DNA of 32,000 nucleotides from Mycobacterium tuberculosis H37Rv (lineage in GTDB: Bacteria; Actinomycetota; Actinomycetes; Mycobacteriales; Mycobacteriaceae). Position numbers and translations under genes: made by a program. Within the stretch, counting starts at the first letter, position 1. Every line of letters starts with the position of its first letter. Shown here piece by piece: positions 1-8,588 of the stretch. A model generated the notes under the pieces. It made no database searches and was not told the DNA's origin. It was given only the letters and a program-made list of their open reading frames with translations. The stretch is taken from NCBI RefSeq assembly GCF_000195955.2, contig NC_000962.3, positions 270,001 to 302,000 of the forward strand, read 5' to 3'.

Positions 1-1564
1 CGACCCGATAAAGAGCCAATTCGTCGTCGCGGTGCGCCGCTGCTAGCCGGCCGAGGGTGCGTGCGGCCGCGCCCATGTCGCCGGCGCTGTCGGATTCGAC
101 GACCAGCCACCCGACGCCGGCCGCGGCCAAGGTTGACGGATGGGGCCCGGTGAGCAGCAGCTCCTGGACCGCCCGGGCGTGCGCGTCTTCGCCGGGAACG
201 GTCACCCCGGAAATGACCAGATCACCTGTGGTCAGCACATCGGCGCGAACCCAACGGGGGAGCGGATCGAGTACCGGTGCCGAACCGGACCACGAGAAGC
301 GCCGCATGGTGCCCGCGGGCAAGACCGCAACCGTCCGGGGATCGGCATTGATCGCCGCTGCCACCGCCGCCCAACCGGACGGGTAGTGCACAGGCGCAAC
401 CTTGCCCCACACCCCCCACGCCAAGTCAGGCAGCGTTAGGACCAGCGCCAGACAGCAGACCACCGCCGCCGTTGCCGGTCGCAGCCAGCGTCGCAGCGTT
501 AGCACCGTGCCCGCACCGGAGAGTGTGTATCCGGGTACCGCCAGCGCGACCCACTTCTGTCCGTCGCGCAGCACGCCCAGGCCGGGTGCGGCATCGACCA
601 CCACCCGTAGCGCGTGCAGACCTGGGCCGGTCGCAAGGACAGCCGGGACCATCACGGACACCGCCGCTAGTGTCAGCAGCGGCACTGCCACGGGCCGGCG
701 CGCCACAGTCGGTAGTCCGATCGCCACCATGGCGAGTAGTACGACGGCGGATGCCACTGCGAAAAGCGTTGTCCGCGAGCTAGGTACGGCCTCGCCGTTC
801 CAGATCCCACCGAGACTGGCCAAGCTGCCAAGCGTGCCCAGCCCCGGTTCGGCGCGTGGCGCGAACGCGGTAACCCCAAGCTGATTGGCTGCCGTGTGGC
901 TGGTCAACGACGAGCCCAGCGCCGACGCCGTCAGCCAGGGCAGCGCACCCACCAGCGCGGAGCCCAACGCCGCGACCCCACATTGCCAGCGCGGGCGGCC
1001 CGCGCCGGGCATCGCCACGCACACCACCGCAACTGTCGCGGCGAGTAGCAGCCCGGACGGGGTCAGGCCGGCCAGCGCAACCCAGAACGCCAGCCCAAAA
1101 AGCCCGAACCAACCCGCGCCAACCGTTGTTCGCATCGTTAACATCGCGGTCGCAACCCAGGGCAGACACCCATAGCCGACCAGCAGGCTCCAATGGCCCT
1201 GCAAAAGTCGTTCGGCCACATAGGGATTCCAGATCGCCAGCGTGATCGCGACAAACTGGCCGGCTGCCCCCGCTGCGGGTAGTGCCGTTGCGACCAGTCG
1301 GGCCGCGCCCCAGCCCGCCAGCCAAAGCCCCAGCAGCAGCAGCGCTTTCACCACGACGCCGCCGTCGACGAGGTGTGACGCCAAAGCGACCGCGAAGTCC
1401 TGCGGAGTCGCCCGGGGCGCCGATGTCAGCCCTAGGGCGTTGGCCGACACATACGACCGTGGTGTGGACACTGCATCGCGCAGCAGTAGGTATCCGGGCC
1501 GCAGTAGCGGCGCGGCCAACAGCAGCACCAAGACCAGCGCGTACCCCGGTCGGAACCAGCGCAC
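1..1564 (-). CDS. Conserved multi-pass transmembrane protein (Rv0226c-like), C-terminus beyond the window's left edge
   Basis: The reverse strand from GTG at 1564 translates as VRWFRPGYALVLVLLLAAPLLRPGYLLLRDAVSTPRSYVSANALG..., which is strongly hydrophobic. It is missing from the ORF track, probably because it has no stop inside the window. It starts 9 nt after the stop of the upstream same-strand gene. The remainder was inferred rather than fully translated. Confidence 0.8.
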   Translation of the reverse strand, partial: MRWFRPGYALVLVLLLAAPLLRPGYLLLRDAVSTPRSYVSANALGLTSAPRATPQDFAVALASHLVDGGVVVKALLLLGLWLAGWGAARLVATALPAAGAAGQFVAITLAIWNPYVAERLLQGHWSLLVGYGCLPWVATAMLTMRTTVGAGWFGLFGLAFWVALAGLTPSGLLLAATVAVVCVAMPGAGRPRWQCGVAALGSALVGALPWLTASALGSSLTSHTAANQLGVTAFAPRAEPGLGTLGSLASLGGIWNGEAVPSSRTTLFAVASAVVLLAMVAIGLPTVARRPVAVPLLTLAAVSVMVPAVLATGPGLHALRVVVDAAPGLGVLRDGQKWVALAVPGYTLSGAGTVLTLRRWLRPATAAVVCCLALVLTLPDLAWGVWGKVAPVHYPSGWAAVAAAINADPRTVAVLPAGTMRRFSWSGSAPVLDPLPRWVRADVLTTGDLVISGVTVPGEDAHARAVQELLLTGPHPSTLAAAGVGWLVVESDSAGDMGAAARTLGRLAAAHRDDELALYRV

Positions 1565-1573
1565 GTCGCCTGA

Positions 1574-2839
1574 TTAGCGCCGCTCGGGCGGGCCGGGGTC
1601 GGGATGCCCCGCGTCCGGCGGTGGGGGCGGCTGCGCCGAACCGAGTCGGGGCGGATCCGAGCCACTCGGCTCGCGCGGGAAGTCGGGGCGCTGCGTGGGC
1701 AGTTTCTCGGTCTCAGCCTCCGCTCCAGGCACCGGTTCTTCGAAGCCGCCGCGGCGGTAATCGTGGTCGTCCCGATCCCCGCTGGCAGCCATCAGCGCAC
1801 CTTCGGTCCGAAGGCTAAACGACGCGAACAGACCACCGCCGACCAGCGCGACCAAGCCGGCCGCGGTGAATGTAATCGGCAGCACCCGCGACCACAGCGC
1901 CAGCCGGTCGCGCTCGTCGCGAGCCGCGTTGACCTGGGATTCGACCGTCTCTTCGGTGGAGGTGACCTGGTAGTCGGCAAACGTGACCTCTGGTTTGAGT
2001 GGGTCACGAGCGAAGTAGTGGTTGGCGCGTTCGGTTTCTTTGACGATGGTGCCGGACACCGGGTCCACCCAGAATGTTCGCTGCGCCGCGTAATAGCGGG
2101 TCATGGTGATTTGCTCGTTCGGATCACCGGGTAGCCCCCACATCGCCGCTGATGTGGTGACTTTGCCGTCCTCGTCGCCGGCGTACAGCGACGGGTATTT
2201 GAGGGGAGCCACCAGCTTCCCCTCGGGGGTGTAGCCGACGTTCTGCGTGAAGCGGTATGTGGTTAAACCGTTGACGTCCTCCTCGCCTTCGTAGTTGGCG
2301 TCAAACGCCTTCTGTGCGATGGGGTCGAAATAGGGGTATGTCTTCTTCTCGGTGTGAAACGGGAACCGGTAAGACAGCCCGTCGTGCCGCAGCGGAATGG
2401 CCGTCGGCGGGTTCTCGTCATTGAGGCCCCGCGGTTTCTGGACGGCGCCGCCGGTGTGGGTGTCGTCGGAGACAGCCATCGCCGTCTTGCGGTTGAGGGT
2501 GACCGTGTCGACGATCGCCAGCAGCAGCCCGCTGTCCTTCTGCTTGTCGGTGCGCCGGAGCGAGGATCCGACCTGAAGTGTGACCACGTCGGCGTTGGCG
2601 GGCGATTCGACGGTGACTTGCTGTTGGGACACCAGCGGCACGTCCTGGTTGACCACGATGTGCTCGGTGGCTAGCGACGCCGAGTCGAGTGCCGTTCCAG
2701 TGCCGTCGCTGATCAACGTGGCATCGATATCGAGTGGGATCTCAGCGATCCTGCTGGTGGTATAGGTCGACAGCAGCAGGGCGGCGATCAGTAGGGCGGC
2801 TCCGAGTCCGATAGCGCCGCACGCGGCGAACCGCAACAT
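1574..2839 (-). CDS. lmcA: DUF3068 / LmcA-like membrane-anchored envelope protein (Rv0227c-like), 421 aa
   Basis: ORF MLRFAACGAIGLGAALLIAALLLSTYTTSR... has an N-terminal TM segment, a large extracytoplasmic domain and a C-terminal TM (ITFTAAGLVALVGGGLFASFSL). A longer in-frame start exists at 2875. Family is recognised from memory of Rv0227c / MSMEG_0317 (LmcA). Confidence 0.8.
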   Translation of the reverse strand: MLRFAACGAIGLGAALLIAALLLSTYTTSRIAEIPLDIDATLISDGTGTALDSASLATEHIVVNQDVPLVSQQQVTVESPANADVVTLQVGSSLRRTDKQKDSGLLLAIVDTVTLNRKTAMAVSDDTHTGGAVQKPRGLNDENPPTAIPLRHDGLSYRFPFHTEKKTYPYFDPIAQKAFDANYEGEEDVNGLTTYRFTQNVGYTPEGKLVAPLKYPSLYAGDEDGKVTTSAAMWGLPGDPNEQITMTRYYAAQRTFWVDPVSGTIVKETERANHYFARDPLKPEVTFADYQVTSTEETVESQVNAARDERDRLALWSRVLPITFTAAGLVALVGGGLFASFSLRTEGALMAASGDRDDHDYRRGGFEEPVPGAEAETEKLPTQRPDFPREPSGSDPPRLGSAQPPPPPDAGHPDPGPPERR

Positions 2840-2865
2840 GACTGCCCGGTTCACCTGCGCCGCTC

Positions 2866-2931
2866 TCCCCCGCAAGCGGGTGGTGCCCCCACCTCATCGC
2901 TTCGTCCCCCGCAAGCGGGCGGTGCCCCCAC
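2866..2931. repeat. Two 27-nt direct repeats (26/27 identical), 39-nt period
   Basis: tcccccgcaagcgggtggtgcccccac at 2866-2892 and tcccccgcaagcgggcggtgcccccac at 2905-2931. Confidence 0.9.
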
Positions 2932-3054
2932 TGCATCGTCGCCGGCGCGGTTCACGTTGCTGTGACCTCCTTATGGTCCATGGACTCGTCGGTCGGGACC
3001 CGCTCCGACCTGACCAAGCGAGGCAAAACCCGTTTGACCCTAACAGCAGAGCGT

Positions 3055-4278
3055 ATGGGCCCGGCGGACGAATCGGGTGCACCGATTCGCCCGCAAACAC
3101 CTCACAGGCACACTGTGTTGGTGACCAACGGCCAGGTGGTGGGTGGGACCCGTGGCTTTCTGCCCGCCGTCGAGGGAATGCGCGCATGCGCGGCCGTCGG
3201 CGTCGTGGTCACTCACGTCGCGTTCCAGACCGGGCACTCTAGCGGTGTGGGCGGGCGGCTGTTCGGCCGCTTCGATCTGGCGGTGGCGGTGTTCTTCGCC
3301 GTGTCGGGATTCTTGTTGTGGCGCGGACACGCCGCAGCGGCGCGAGATCTGCGGTCACACCCGCGAACCGGTCCGTATCTGCGATCGCGGGTGGCGCGCA
3401 TCATGCCGGCCTATGTGGTGGCGGTGGTCGTCATCCTGTCCCTGCTGCCCGACGCGGATCATGCCAGCCTGACCGTGTGGCTGGCCAACCTGACGCTCAC
3501 CCAGATCTATGTGCCGCTGACCCTGACCGGCGGCCTGACCCAGATGTGGAGCCTGTCCGTGGAGGTCGCCTTCTATGCGGCGCTGCCGGTCTTAGCGTTG
3601 CTGGGCCGCCGAATTCCGGTCGGTGCCCGAGTGCCGGCGATCGCGGCGCTGGCGGCGCTCAGCTGGGCGTGGGGCTGGCTCCCGTTGGACGCCGGGTCGG
3701 GGATCAACCCGTTGACCTGGCCGCCGGCGTTCTTCTCGTGGTTCGCCGCGGGAATGTTGCTGGCGGAGTGGGCCTACAGCCCGGTCGGGTTGCCGCATCG
3801 GTGGGCGCGCCGCCGCGTGGCGATGGCGGTTACCGCGCTGCTGGGTTACCTGGTGGCGGCCTCGCCGTTGGCGGGTCCGGAGGGCCTGGTTCCGGGCACG
3901 GCGGCACAATTCGCGGTGAAGACCGCGATGGGCTCGCTGGTAGCGTTCGCGCTGGTGGCGCCGCTGGTGCTGGACCGGCCCGACACGTCGCACCGGCTGC
4001 TGGGCAGCCCCGCGATGGTGACCCTGGGCCGTTGGTCCTATGGCCTGTTCATCTGGCATCTGGCCGCGCTGGCCATGGTGTTTCCCGTGATCGGAGCGTT
4101 CCCGTTTACCGGGCGAATGCCGACGGTGCTGGTGTTGACGCTGATCTTCGGTTTCGCGATCGCCGCGGTCAGCTACGCCCTGGTCGAGTCGCCCTGCCGG
4201 GAAGCGTTGCGCCGCTGGGAGCGCCGCAACGAACCCATATCGGTCGGCGAACTTCAGGCGGACGCGATTGCACCCTGA
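3055..4278 (+). CDS. Integral membrane acyltransferase, acyltransferase-3 / OafA-like (Rv0228-like), 407 aa
   Basis: MGPADESGAPIRPQTPHRHTV... with FDLAVAVFFAVSGFLLWRGHAAAARDLRSHPRTGPYLRSRVARIMPAYVVAVVVI, the typical acyltransferase-3 N-terminal signature, plus multiple TM helices. Confidence 0.85.
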   Translation: MGPADESGAPIRPQTPHRHTVLVTNGQVVGGTRGFLPAVEGMRACAAVGVVVTHVAFQTGHSSGVGGRLFGRFDLAVAVFFAVSGFLLWRGHAAAARDLRSHPRTGPYLRSRVARIMPAYVVAVVVILSLLPDADHASLTVWLANLTLTQIYVPLTLTGGLTQMWSLSVEVAFYAALPVLALLGRRIPVGARVPAIAALAALSWAWGWLPLDAGSGINPLTWPPAFFSWFAAGMLLAEWAYSPVGLPHRWARRRVAMAVTALLGYLVAASPLAGPEGLVPGTAAQFAVKTAMGSLVAFALVAPLVLDRPDTSHRLLGSPAMVTLGRWSYGLFIWHLAALAMVFPVIGAFPFTGRMPTVLVLTLIFGFAIAAVSYALVESPCREALRRWERRNEPISVGELQADAIAP

Positions 4279-4305
4279 CTCGGCCGGCTGACACCTGGCG
4301 GGCAC

Positions 4306-4719
4306 CTAGTCGATCGTGCCCGCTGGCACGATCCACTGACAGGGCTGACCGGTCACGGCGGCGATGAGATCGAAGTCCGCGTCGTAATGTAGAACGACCA
4401 GCCCGTGTTCCTCGCCGGCCGCGGCAATGAGCAGGTCCGGGATTTTGCGACCGCGCTGACTACGCGCAGCGAGTAGGCGCTGGATTCCAAGCGCGCGGCG
4501 ATGATGCGATGCCGTCGATTCGATGAGGTCGAACGCGCTCAATGCCACCATGAGCCGCTGCCACTCGGTCTCATTGCGTGCGGAGTACCCGACTTCAAGG
4601 TCGGTTATTTGCGTGCGAGCGACGGCACCGGCCTCAGCCAACGGTTCCACCGCCCGCCGCACGGCGGGCCGGCTGAGCCTTTTGATCACGCTGGTGTCGA
4701 GAAGATATTTCAGCGCCAT
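4306..4719 (-). CDS. vapC51: PIN-domain toxin VapC (137 aa)
   Basis: MALKYLLDTSVIKRLSRPAVRRAVEPL...ITDLEVGYSA...KIPDLLIAAAGEEHGLVVLHYDADFDLIAAVTGQPCQWI has the PIN core motifs (LLDTSV, DLEVGYSA, PDLLIAA, YDADFDLIA). The ATG at 4719 overlaps the end of the vapB-like ORF. The numeral 51 comes from memory of TA nomenclature. Confidence 0.85.
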   Translation of the reverse strand: MALKYLLDTSVIKRLSRPAVRRAVEPLAEAGAVARTQITDLEVGYSARNETEWQRLMVALSAFDLIESTASHHRRALGIQRLLAARSQRGRKIPDLLIAAAGEEHGLVVLHYDADFDLIAAVTGQPCQWIVPAGTID

Positions 4720-4904
4720 GCTTCGGCGCGGTCCTCTGGCGGTGCGGCGGCCAGCGTGTCGAGAGCGGCGGCGACGCGTTGAACTCGCTGAGACGTGGCT
4801 TGCCGCAGGGCCGCGTTGACGGTGTCTTTGATCGTCGTCGTGCCCAATTCTGTACGAGCCATGTTTAAAGCCTGCTCGTCGATGTCGACGAGATGTTTCG
4901 CCAT
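4710..4904 (-). CDS. vapB51: VapB-type antitoxin, 64 aa
   Basis: MAKHLVDIDEQALNMARTELGTTTIKDTVNAALRQATSQR... is a typical VapB/AHH-type N-terminus. It sits directly upstream of vapC and overlaps it by 10 nt. Confidence 0.85.
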   Translation of the reverse strand: MAKHLVDIDEQALNMARTELGTTTIKDTVNAALRQATSQRVQRVAAALDTLAAAPPEDRAEAWR

Positions 4905-4912
4905 GAATCGGA

Positions 4913-4941
4913 GTATATATCAATAAGGAGCCGATATATAT
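4913..4941. promoter_or_regulatory. AT-rich imperfect inverted repeat, candidate vapBC operator/promoter
   Basis: gtatatatc (4913-4921) and gatatatat (4933-4941), 8/9 complementary with an 11-nt spacer, 9 nt upstream of the vapB ATG. Confidence 0.5.
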
Positions 4942-4982
4942 GCACAATGCCAAGCCCATGGCATTCGCCCGGCGCGGCTGTC

Positions 4983-5963
4983 TCACTGATAGCCGCCCTG
5001 CCGCTCGAAGATGCGGCGCGGGTTGTCGACGAGCATGGTGTGCAGCTGCTCGTCGGTGACGCCGTGCTGCTTCAGTGCGGGGATGACGTCGTTGTGGATG
5101 TGGAGGTAATGCCAATTCGGCATCGCCACCGGCACCAGCTCCTCGGGAAGCGCGTCGAAATAGCAGCAGGCGTCGTGTGATAGCACCATCTTGTCGGCAT
5201 GGCCGCGCTCGCACATTCGGGCCACGATGTTCACCCGGTCCTGAAACGGTGAGATCACGTCGACGCCGAACCGGTCCATCCCGAGGTAGGAGCCGGCGGC
5301 GATGAGCTCTTCCAGGTAGCCGACGTCGGTGCTGTCGCCGCAGTGTCCGATAACCACCCGGCTCAGGTCCACCCCCTCCTCGGCGAAGATGCGTTGCTGG
5401 TCAAGGCCGCGCCGCAGCCCGGCGTGGGTGTGGGTGGAGATCGGCGCCCCGGTGCGTTTGTGTGCTTGGGCGACCGCGCGCAACACCCGCTCGACACCAG
5501 GGGTGAGGCCGGGTTCGTCGGTGGCGCACTTGAGGATTCCCGCCTTGATGCCGGTGTCGGCGATGCCGTGCTCGATGTCGCGGACGAACATGTCGGTCAT
5601 GATCTCCGGGCCGTCCAGCTGTGCGCCCGGCCCGAGGTAGTGGAAGTAGAACGGGACGTCGTTGTAGGTGTACAAGCCGGTGGCCACGACGATGTTCAGC
5701 TCGGTGGCCGCGGCCACCCGGGCGATGCGCGGGATGTATCGGCCCAGCCCGATCACCGTGAGGTCGACGATGGTGTCCACGCCGCGGGCCTTGAGTTCGC
5801 CTAGCCGGGCGATGGCGCCGGCCACCCGCTTGTCCTCGTCGCCCCAGGCTTCCGGGTAGTTCTGCGCAATCTCGGTGGTCATGATGAAGACGTGCTCGTG
5901 CATCAGCGTGACGCCGAGATCAGCGGTGTCGATGGGTCCGCGAGCGGTATTTAGTTCTGGCAC
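4983..5963 (-). CDS. php: Phosphotriesterase-like lactonase (Rv0230c-like), 326 aa
   Basis: GTG start at 5963: VPELNTARGPIDTADLGVTLMHEHVF... with metal motif HEH, TGIKAGILKCATDEPG (carboxylated Lys region), PISTHTHAG, VVIGHCGDS and SHDACCY, typical of the PTE/PLL amidohydrolase fold. Confidence 0.92.
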   Translation of the reverse strand: MPELNTARGPIDTADLGVTLMHEHVFIMTTEIAQNYPEAWGDEDKRVAGAIARLGELKARGVDTIVDLTVIGLGRYIPRIARVAAATELNIVVATGLYTYNDVPFYFHYLGPGAQLDGPEIMTDMFVRDIEHGIADTGIKAGILKCATDEPGLTPGVERVLRAVAQAHKRTGAPISTHTHAGLRRGLDQQRIFAEEGVDLSRVVIGHCGDSTDVGYLEELIAAGSYLGMDRFGVDVISPFQDRVNIVARMCERGHADKMVLSHDACCYFDALPEELVPVAMPNWHYLHIHNDVIPALKQHGVTDEQLHTMLVDNPRRIFERQGGYQ

Positions 5964-6057
5964 GTCACTGATGCTAGGCCGCAATCGGTGTCTTGCGGGG
6001 CCGCAGTGCAGTAGCGTCACCCTCGTCGTTGACCGAACCGCTCGGGAGCCAATTCTT

Positions 6058-7764
6058 ATGCTGCTCAACCCCAACCATTTGACACGCAAATACCCAGACC
6101 GTCGCTCCGGGGAGATCATGGCCGCGACGGTGGACTTCTTCGAGTCCAGGGGGAAGGCCCGGCTCAAGCACGACGACCACGAGCGGATCTGGTACTCGGA
6201 CTTCCTGGACTTCGTCGGGCGGGAACGCATCTTTGCTTCCCTACTGACGCCGGCCTCCTATGGCGCCGATGATTGCCGCTGGGACACCTACCGGATCAGC
6301 GAGTTCGCCGAGATCATGGGCTTCTACGGGCTGAGCTACTGGTACCCCTTCCAGGTGACCGCCCTAGGCCTGGGCCCGATCTGGATGAGCGCCAACGAGG
6401 ACGCCAAGCGCAAGGCCGCCGCGGGGCTCGAGGCCGGCGAAGTGTTCGCCTTCGGCCTGTCCGAACAGACCCACGGCGCCGACGTCTATCAGACCGACAT
6501 GATCCTTACCCCCAGCGACGGCGGCTGGACCGCCAACGGCGAGAAGTACTACATCGGCAACGCCAACGTGGCCCGGATGGTCTCCACCTTCGGCAAGATC
6601 GCCGGCACCCCAGAAAGCCAGGAGTACGTCTTCTTCGTCGCCGACTCCCAGCACGAGCGGTATGACCTGATCAAGAATGTGGTGAACTCGCAGAACTATG
6701 TGGCCAATTACGCGCTGCGCGATTACCCGGTCACCGAGGCCGACATCCTGCATCGTGGCGCCGAAGCCTTCCACGCCGCCCTCAACACGGTCAACGTCTG
6801 CAAGTACAACCTGGGTTGGGGTGCCATCGGAATGTGCACCCACGCCCTCTACGAGTCGGTCACCCACGCGGCCAACCGTCACCTGTACGGCACTGTGGTG
6901 ACCGACTTCAGCCACGTGCGGCGGCTGCTCACCGACGCCTACGTGCGGCTAATTGCGATGAAGCTGGTCGCCAGCCGGGCCAGCGACTACATGCGCAGCG
7001 CGTCGGCCGCCGACCGTCGCTACCTGCTCTACAGCCCGCTGACCAAGGCGAAGGTCACCAGCGAAGGCGAGCGGGTCATCACCGCCCTGTGGGACGTCAT
7101 TGCGGCCAAAGGGGTGGAAAAGGACACGTTTTTCGAGACCGTGGCTCGCGAGATTGGCCTGCTGCCCAGGTTGGAAGGCACCGTGCACATCAACATCGGG
7201 CTACTCGGCAAATTCATGCCCAACTACCTGTTCGCTCCCGACTCCACGCTGCCGGTCATCCCGCGTCGCGACGACGCCGCCGATGACGCGTTCCTGTTTG
7301 CCCAGGGACCCACCGGGGGCTTGGGTAAGGTGCGTTTCCACGACTGGCGCGCGTCATTTGACACCTGCGCGCATCTGCCTAATGTCGCACTGCTGCGCGA
7401 GCAAGTCGACGTGTTCGCCGAGCTGCTGGCCAGCGCCACCCCGGACGCGGCACAGCAGAAGGATATCGACTTTGCCTTCGGCGTGGGACAACTCTTCGCG
7501 AACGTGCCCTATGCCCAGCTCATTTTGGAGGAGGCCCGGCTATCTGGTGTCGACGAGGCCTTGATCGACGAGATCTTCGGCGTACTGGTTCGGGACTTCA
7601 ACACCCATGCCGTCGAGCTGCACGGCAGGTCCGCCACGACAGCCGAACAGGCTCGGTTCGCCATGCGAATGGTCCGTCGGCCGGTGCACGATCCCGCCCG
7701 CTACGACCAGATCTGGAAGGACCACGTGCTCGCGCTCAACGGCGCATATCAAATGGCACCATAG
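6058..7764 (+). CDS. fadE4: Acyl-CoA dehydrogenase, 568 aa
   Basis: MLLNPNHLTRKYPDRRSGEIMAATVDFFESRGKARLK... with FGLSEQTHGADVYQTDMILTPSDGGWTANGEKYYIGNAN, the acyl-CoA dehydrogenase middle-domain signature. The 629-aa ORF starts too early, inside php. Confidence 0.92.
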   Translation: MLLNPNHLTRKYPDRRSGEIMAATVDFFESRGKARLKHDDHERIWYSDFLDFVGRERIFASLLTPASYGADDCRWDTYRISEFAEIMGFYGLSYWYPFQVTALGLGPIWMSANEDAKRKAAAGLEAGEVFAFGLSEQTHGADVYQTDMILTPSDGGWTANGEKYYIGNANVARMVSTFGKIAGTPESQEYVFFVADSQHERYDLIKNVVNSQNYVANYALRDYPVTEADILHRGAEAFHAALNTVNVCKYNLGWGAIGMCTHALYESVTHAANRHLYGTVVTDFSHVRRLLTDAYVRLIAMKLVASRASDYMRSASAADRRYLLYSPLTKAKVTSEGERVITALWDVIAAKGVEKDTFFETVAREIGLLPRLEGTVHINIGLLGKFMPNYLFAPDSTLPVIPRRDDAADDAFLFAQGPTGGLGKVRFHDWRASFDTCAHLPNVALLREQVDVFAELLASATPDAAQQKDIDFAFGVGQLFANVPYAQLILEEARLSGVDEALIDEIFGVLVRDFNTHAVELHGRSATTAEQARFAMRMVRRPVHDPARYDQIWKDHVLALNGAYQMAP

Positions 7765-7867
7765 TGCGCCGCGTCGAGATCGACGCTGCCGTGTTGCCCA
7801 CTCGCACTTTCGCGCGCTGGTGTCAATCTCGACGCCAGCCTTGACCGTGATGCAGCGCACAGTAGAA

Positions 7868-7880
7868 TGACCAGTGGTCA
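7868..7880. promoter_or_regulatory. Perfect palindrome tgacca-g-tggtca, candidate TetR operator, abutting a TAGAAT -10-like element
   Basis: TAGAAT at 7863-7868 and tgaccagtggtca at 7868-7880, 18 nt upstream of the TetR ATG at 7899. Confidence 0.45.
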
Positions 7881-7898
7881 CCAACGCAAGGAGGCCCC

Positions 7899-8588
7899 AT
7901 GCCGACGGTGACGTGGGCGCGTGTCGATCCGGCTCGCCGTGCCGCCGTGGTGGAAGCCGCCGAGGCTGAGTTCGGTGCGCACGGATTCTCCCGCGGCAGC
8001 TTGAACGTCATAGCCCGGCGTGCCGGAGTCGCCAAGGGCAGCCTGTTCCAGTACTTCGCGGACAAGCGCGACCTCTACGCGTTTATTGCCGACATCGCCA
8101 GCCAGCGAGTCCGCTCCTACATGGAGGACCTGATCCGCGAGCTGGACCCGAACCGGCCGTTCTTCGAATTCCTCACCGACCTGCTCGATGGCTGGGTCGC
8201 CTACTTCGCCGAGCATCCTCGGGAACGTGCGTTGCATGCTGCGGCGACCCTGGAGGTCGACACCGATGCCCGCATCAGCGTGCGCAGCGTCCTGCACCGC
8301 CACTACCTGGACGTGCTACGGCCGCTGGTGCGCGACGCGCACGCGCGGGGCGACCTGCGCGCAGATTCCGACACCGGTGCATTGATGTCGCTGCTGCTGC
8401 TGATCTTTCCGCACCTGGCGCTGGCTCCATACATGCGTGGTTTGGATCCGATCCTGGGCCTCGACGAGCCCACACCTGAGCAGCCCGCGCTGGCCGTGCG
8501 CAGGCTTGTCGCCGTGCTGGCGGCGGCCTTCGATGCCCAGCACCCCGCGACCAACTCAGCCCAGACCCGATCGGAGGAGATCACATGA
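7899..8588 (+). CDS. TetR/AcrR-family transcriptional regulator, 229 aa (Rv0232-like)
   Basis: [63 protein letters not shown] is a clear TetR HTH. Confidence 0.95.
   Translation: MPTVTWARVDPARRAAVVEAAEAEFGAHGFSRGSLNVIARRAGVAKGSLFQYFADKRDLYAFIADIASQRVRSYMEDLIRELDPNRPFFEFLTDLLDGWVAYFAEHPRERALHAAATLEVDTDARISVRSVLHRHYLDVLRPLVRDAHARGDLRADSDTGALMSLLLLIFPHLALAPYMRGLDPILGLDEPTPEQPALAVRRLVAVLAAAFDAQHPATNSAQTRSEEIT

Noticed and set aside
2866-2931. Possible mini CRISPR array because of the direct repeats
   Set aside because: Only two copies separated by a 12-nt spacer, no adjacent cas genes, and too short to be CRISPR.
4306-5214. Single 302-aa minus-strand ORF as one protein
   Set aside because: Only the C-terminal 137 aa forms a PIN domain. 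The remainder runs through php coding sequence and the vapB frame.
5875-6057. N-terminal extension of the fadE4 ORF overlapping php on the opposite strand
   Set aside because: The extension is antisense to php coding sequence and lacks ACAD similarity. The ATG at 6058 gives the expected 568-aa protein.
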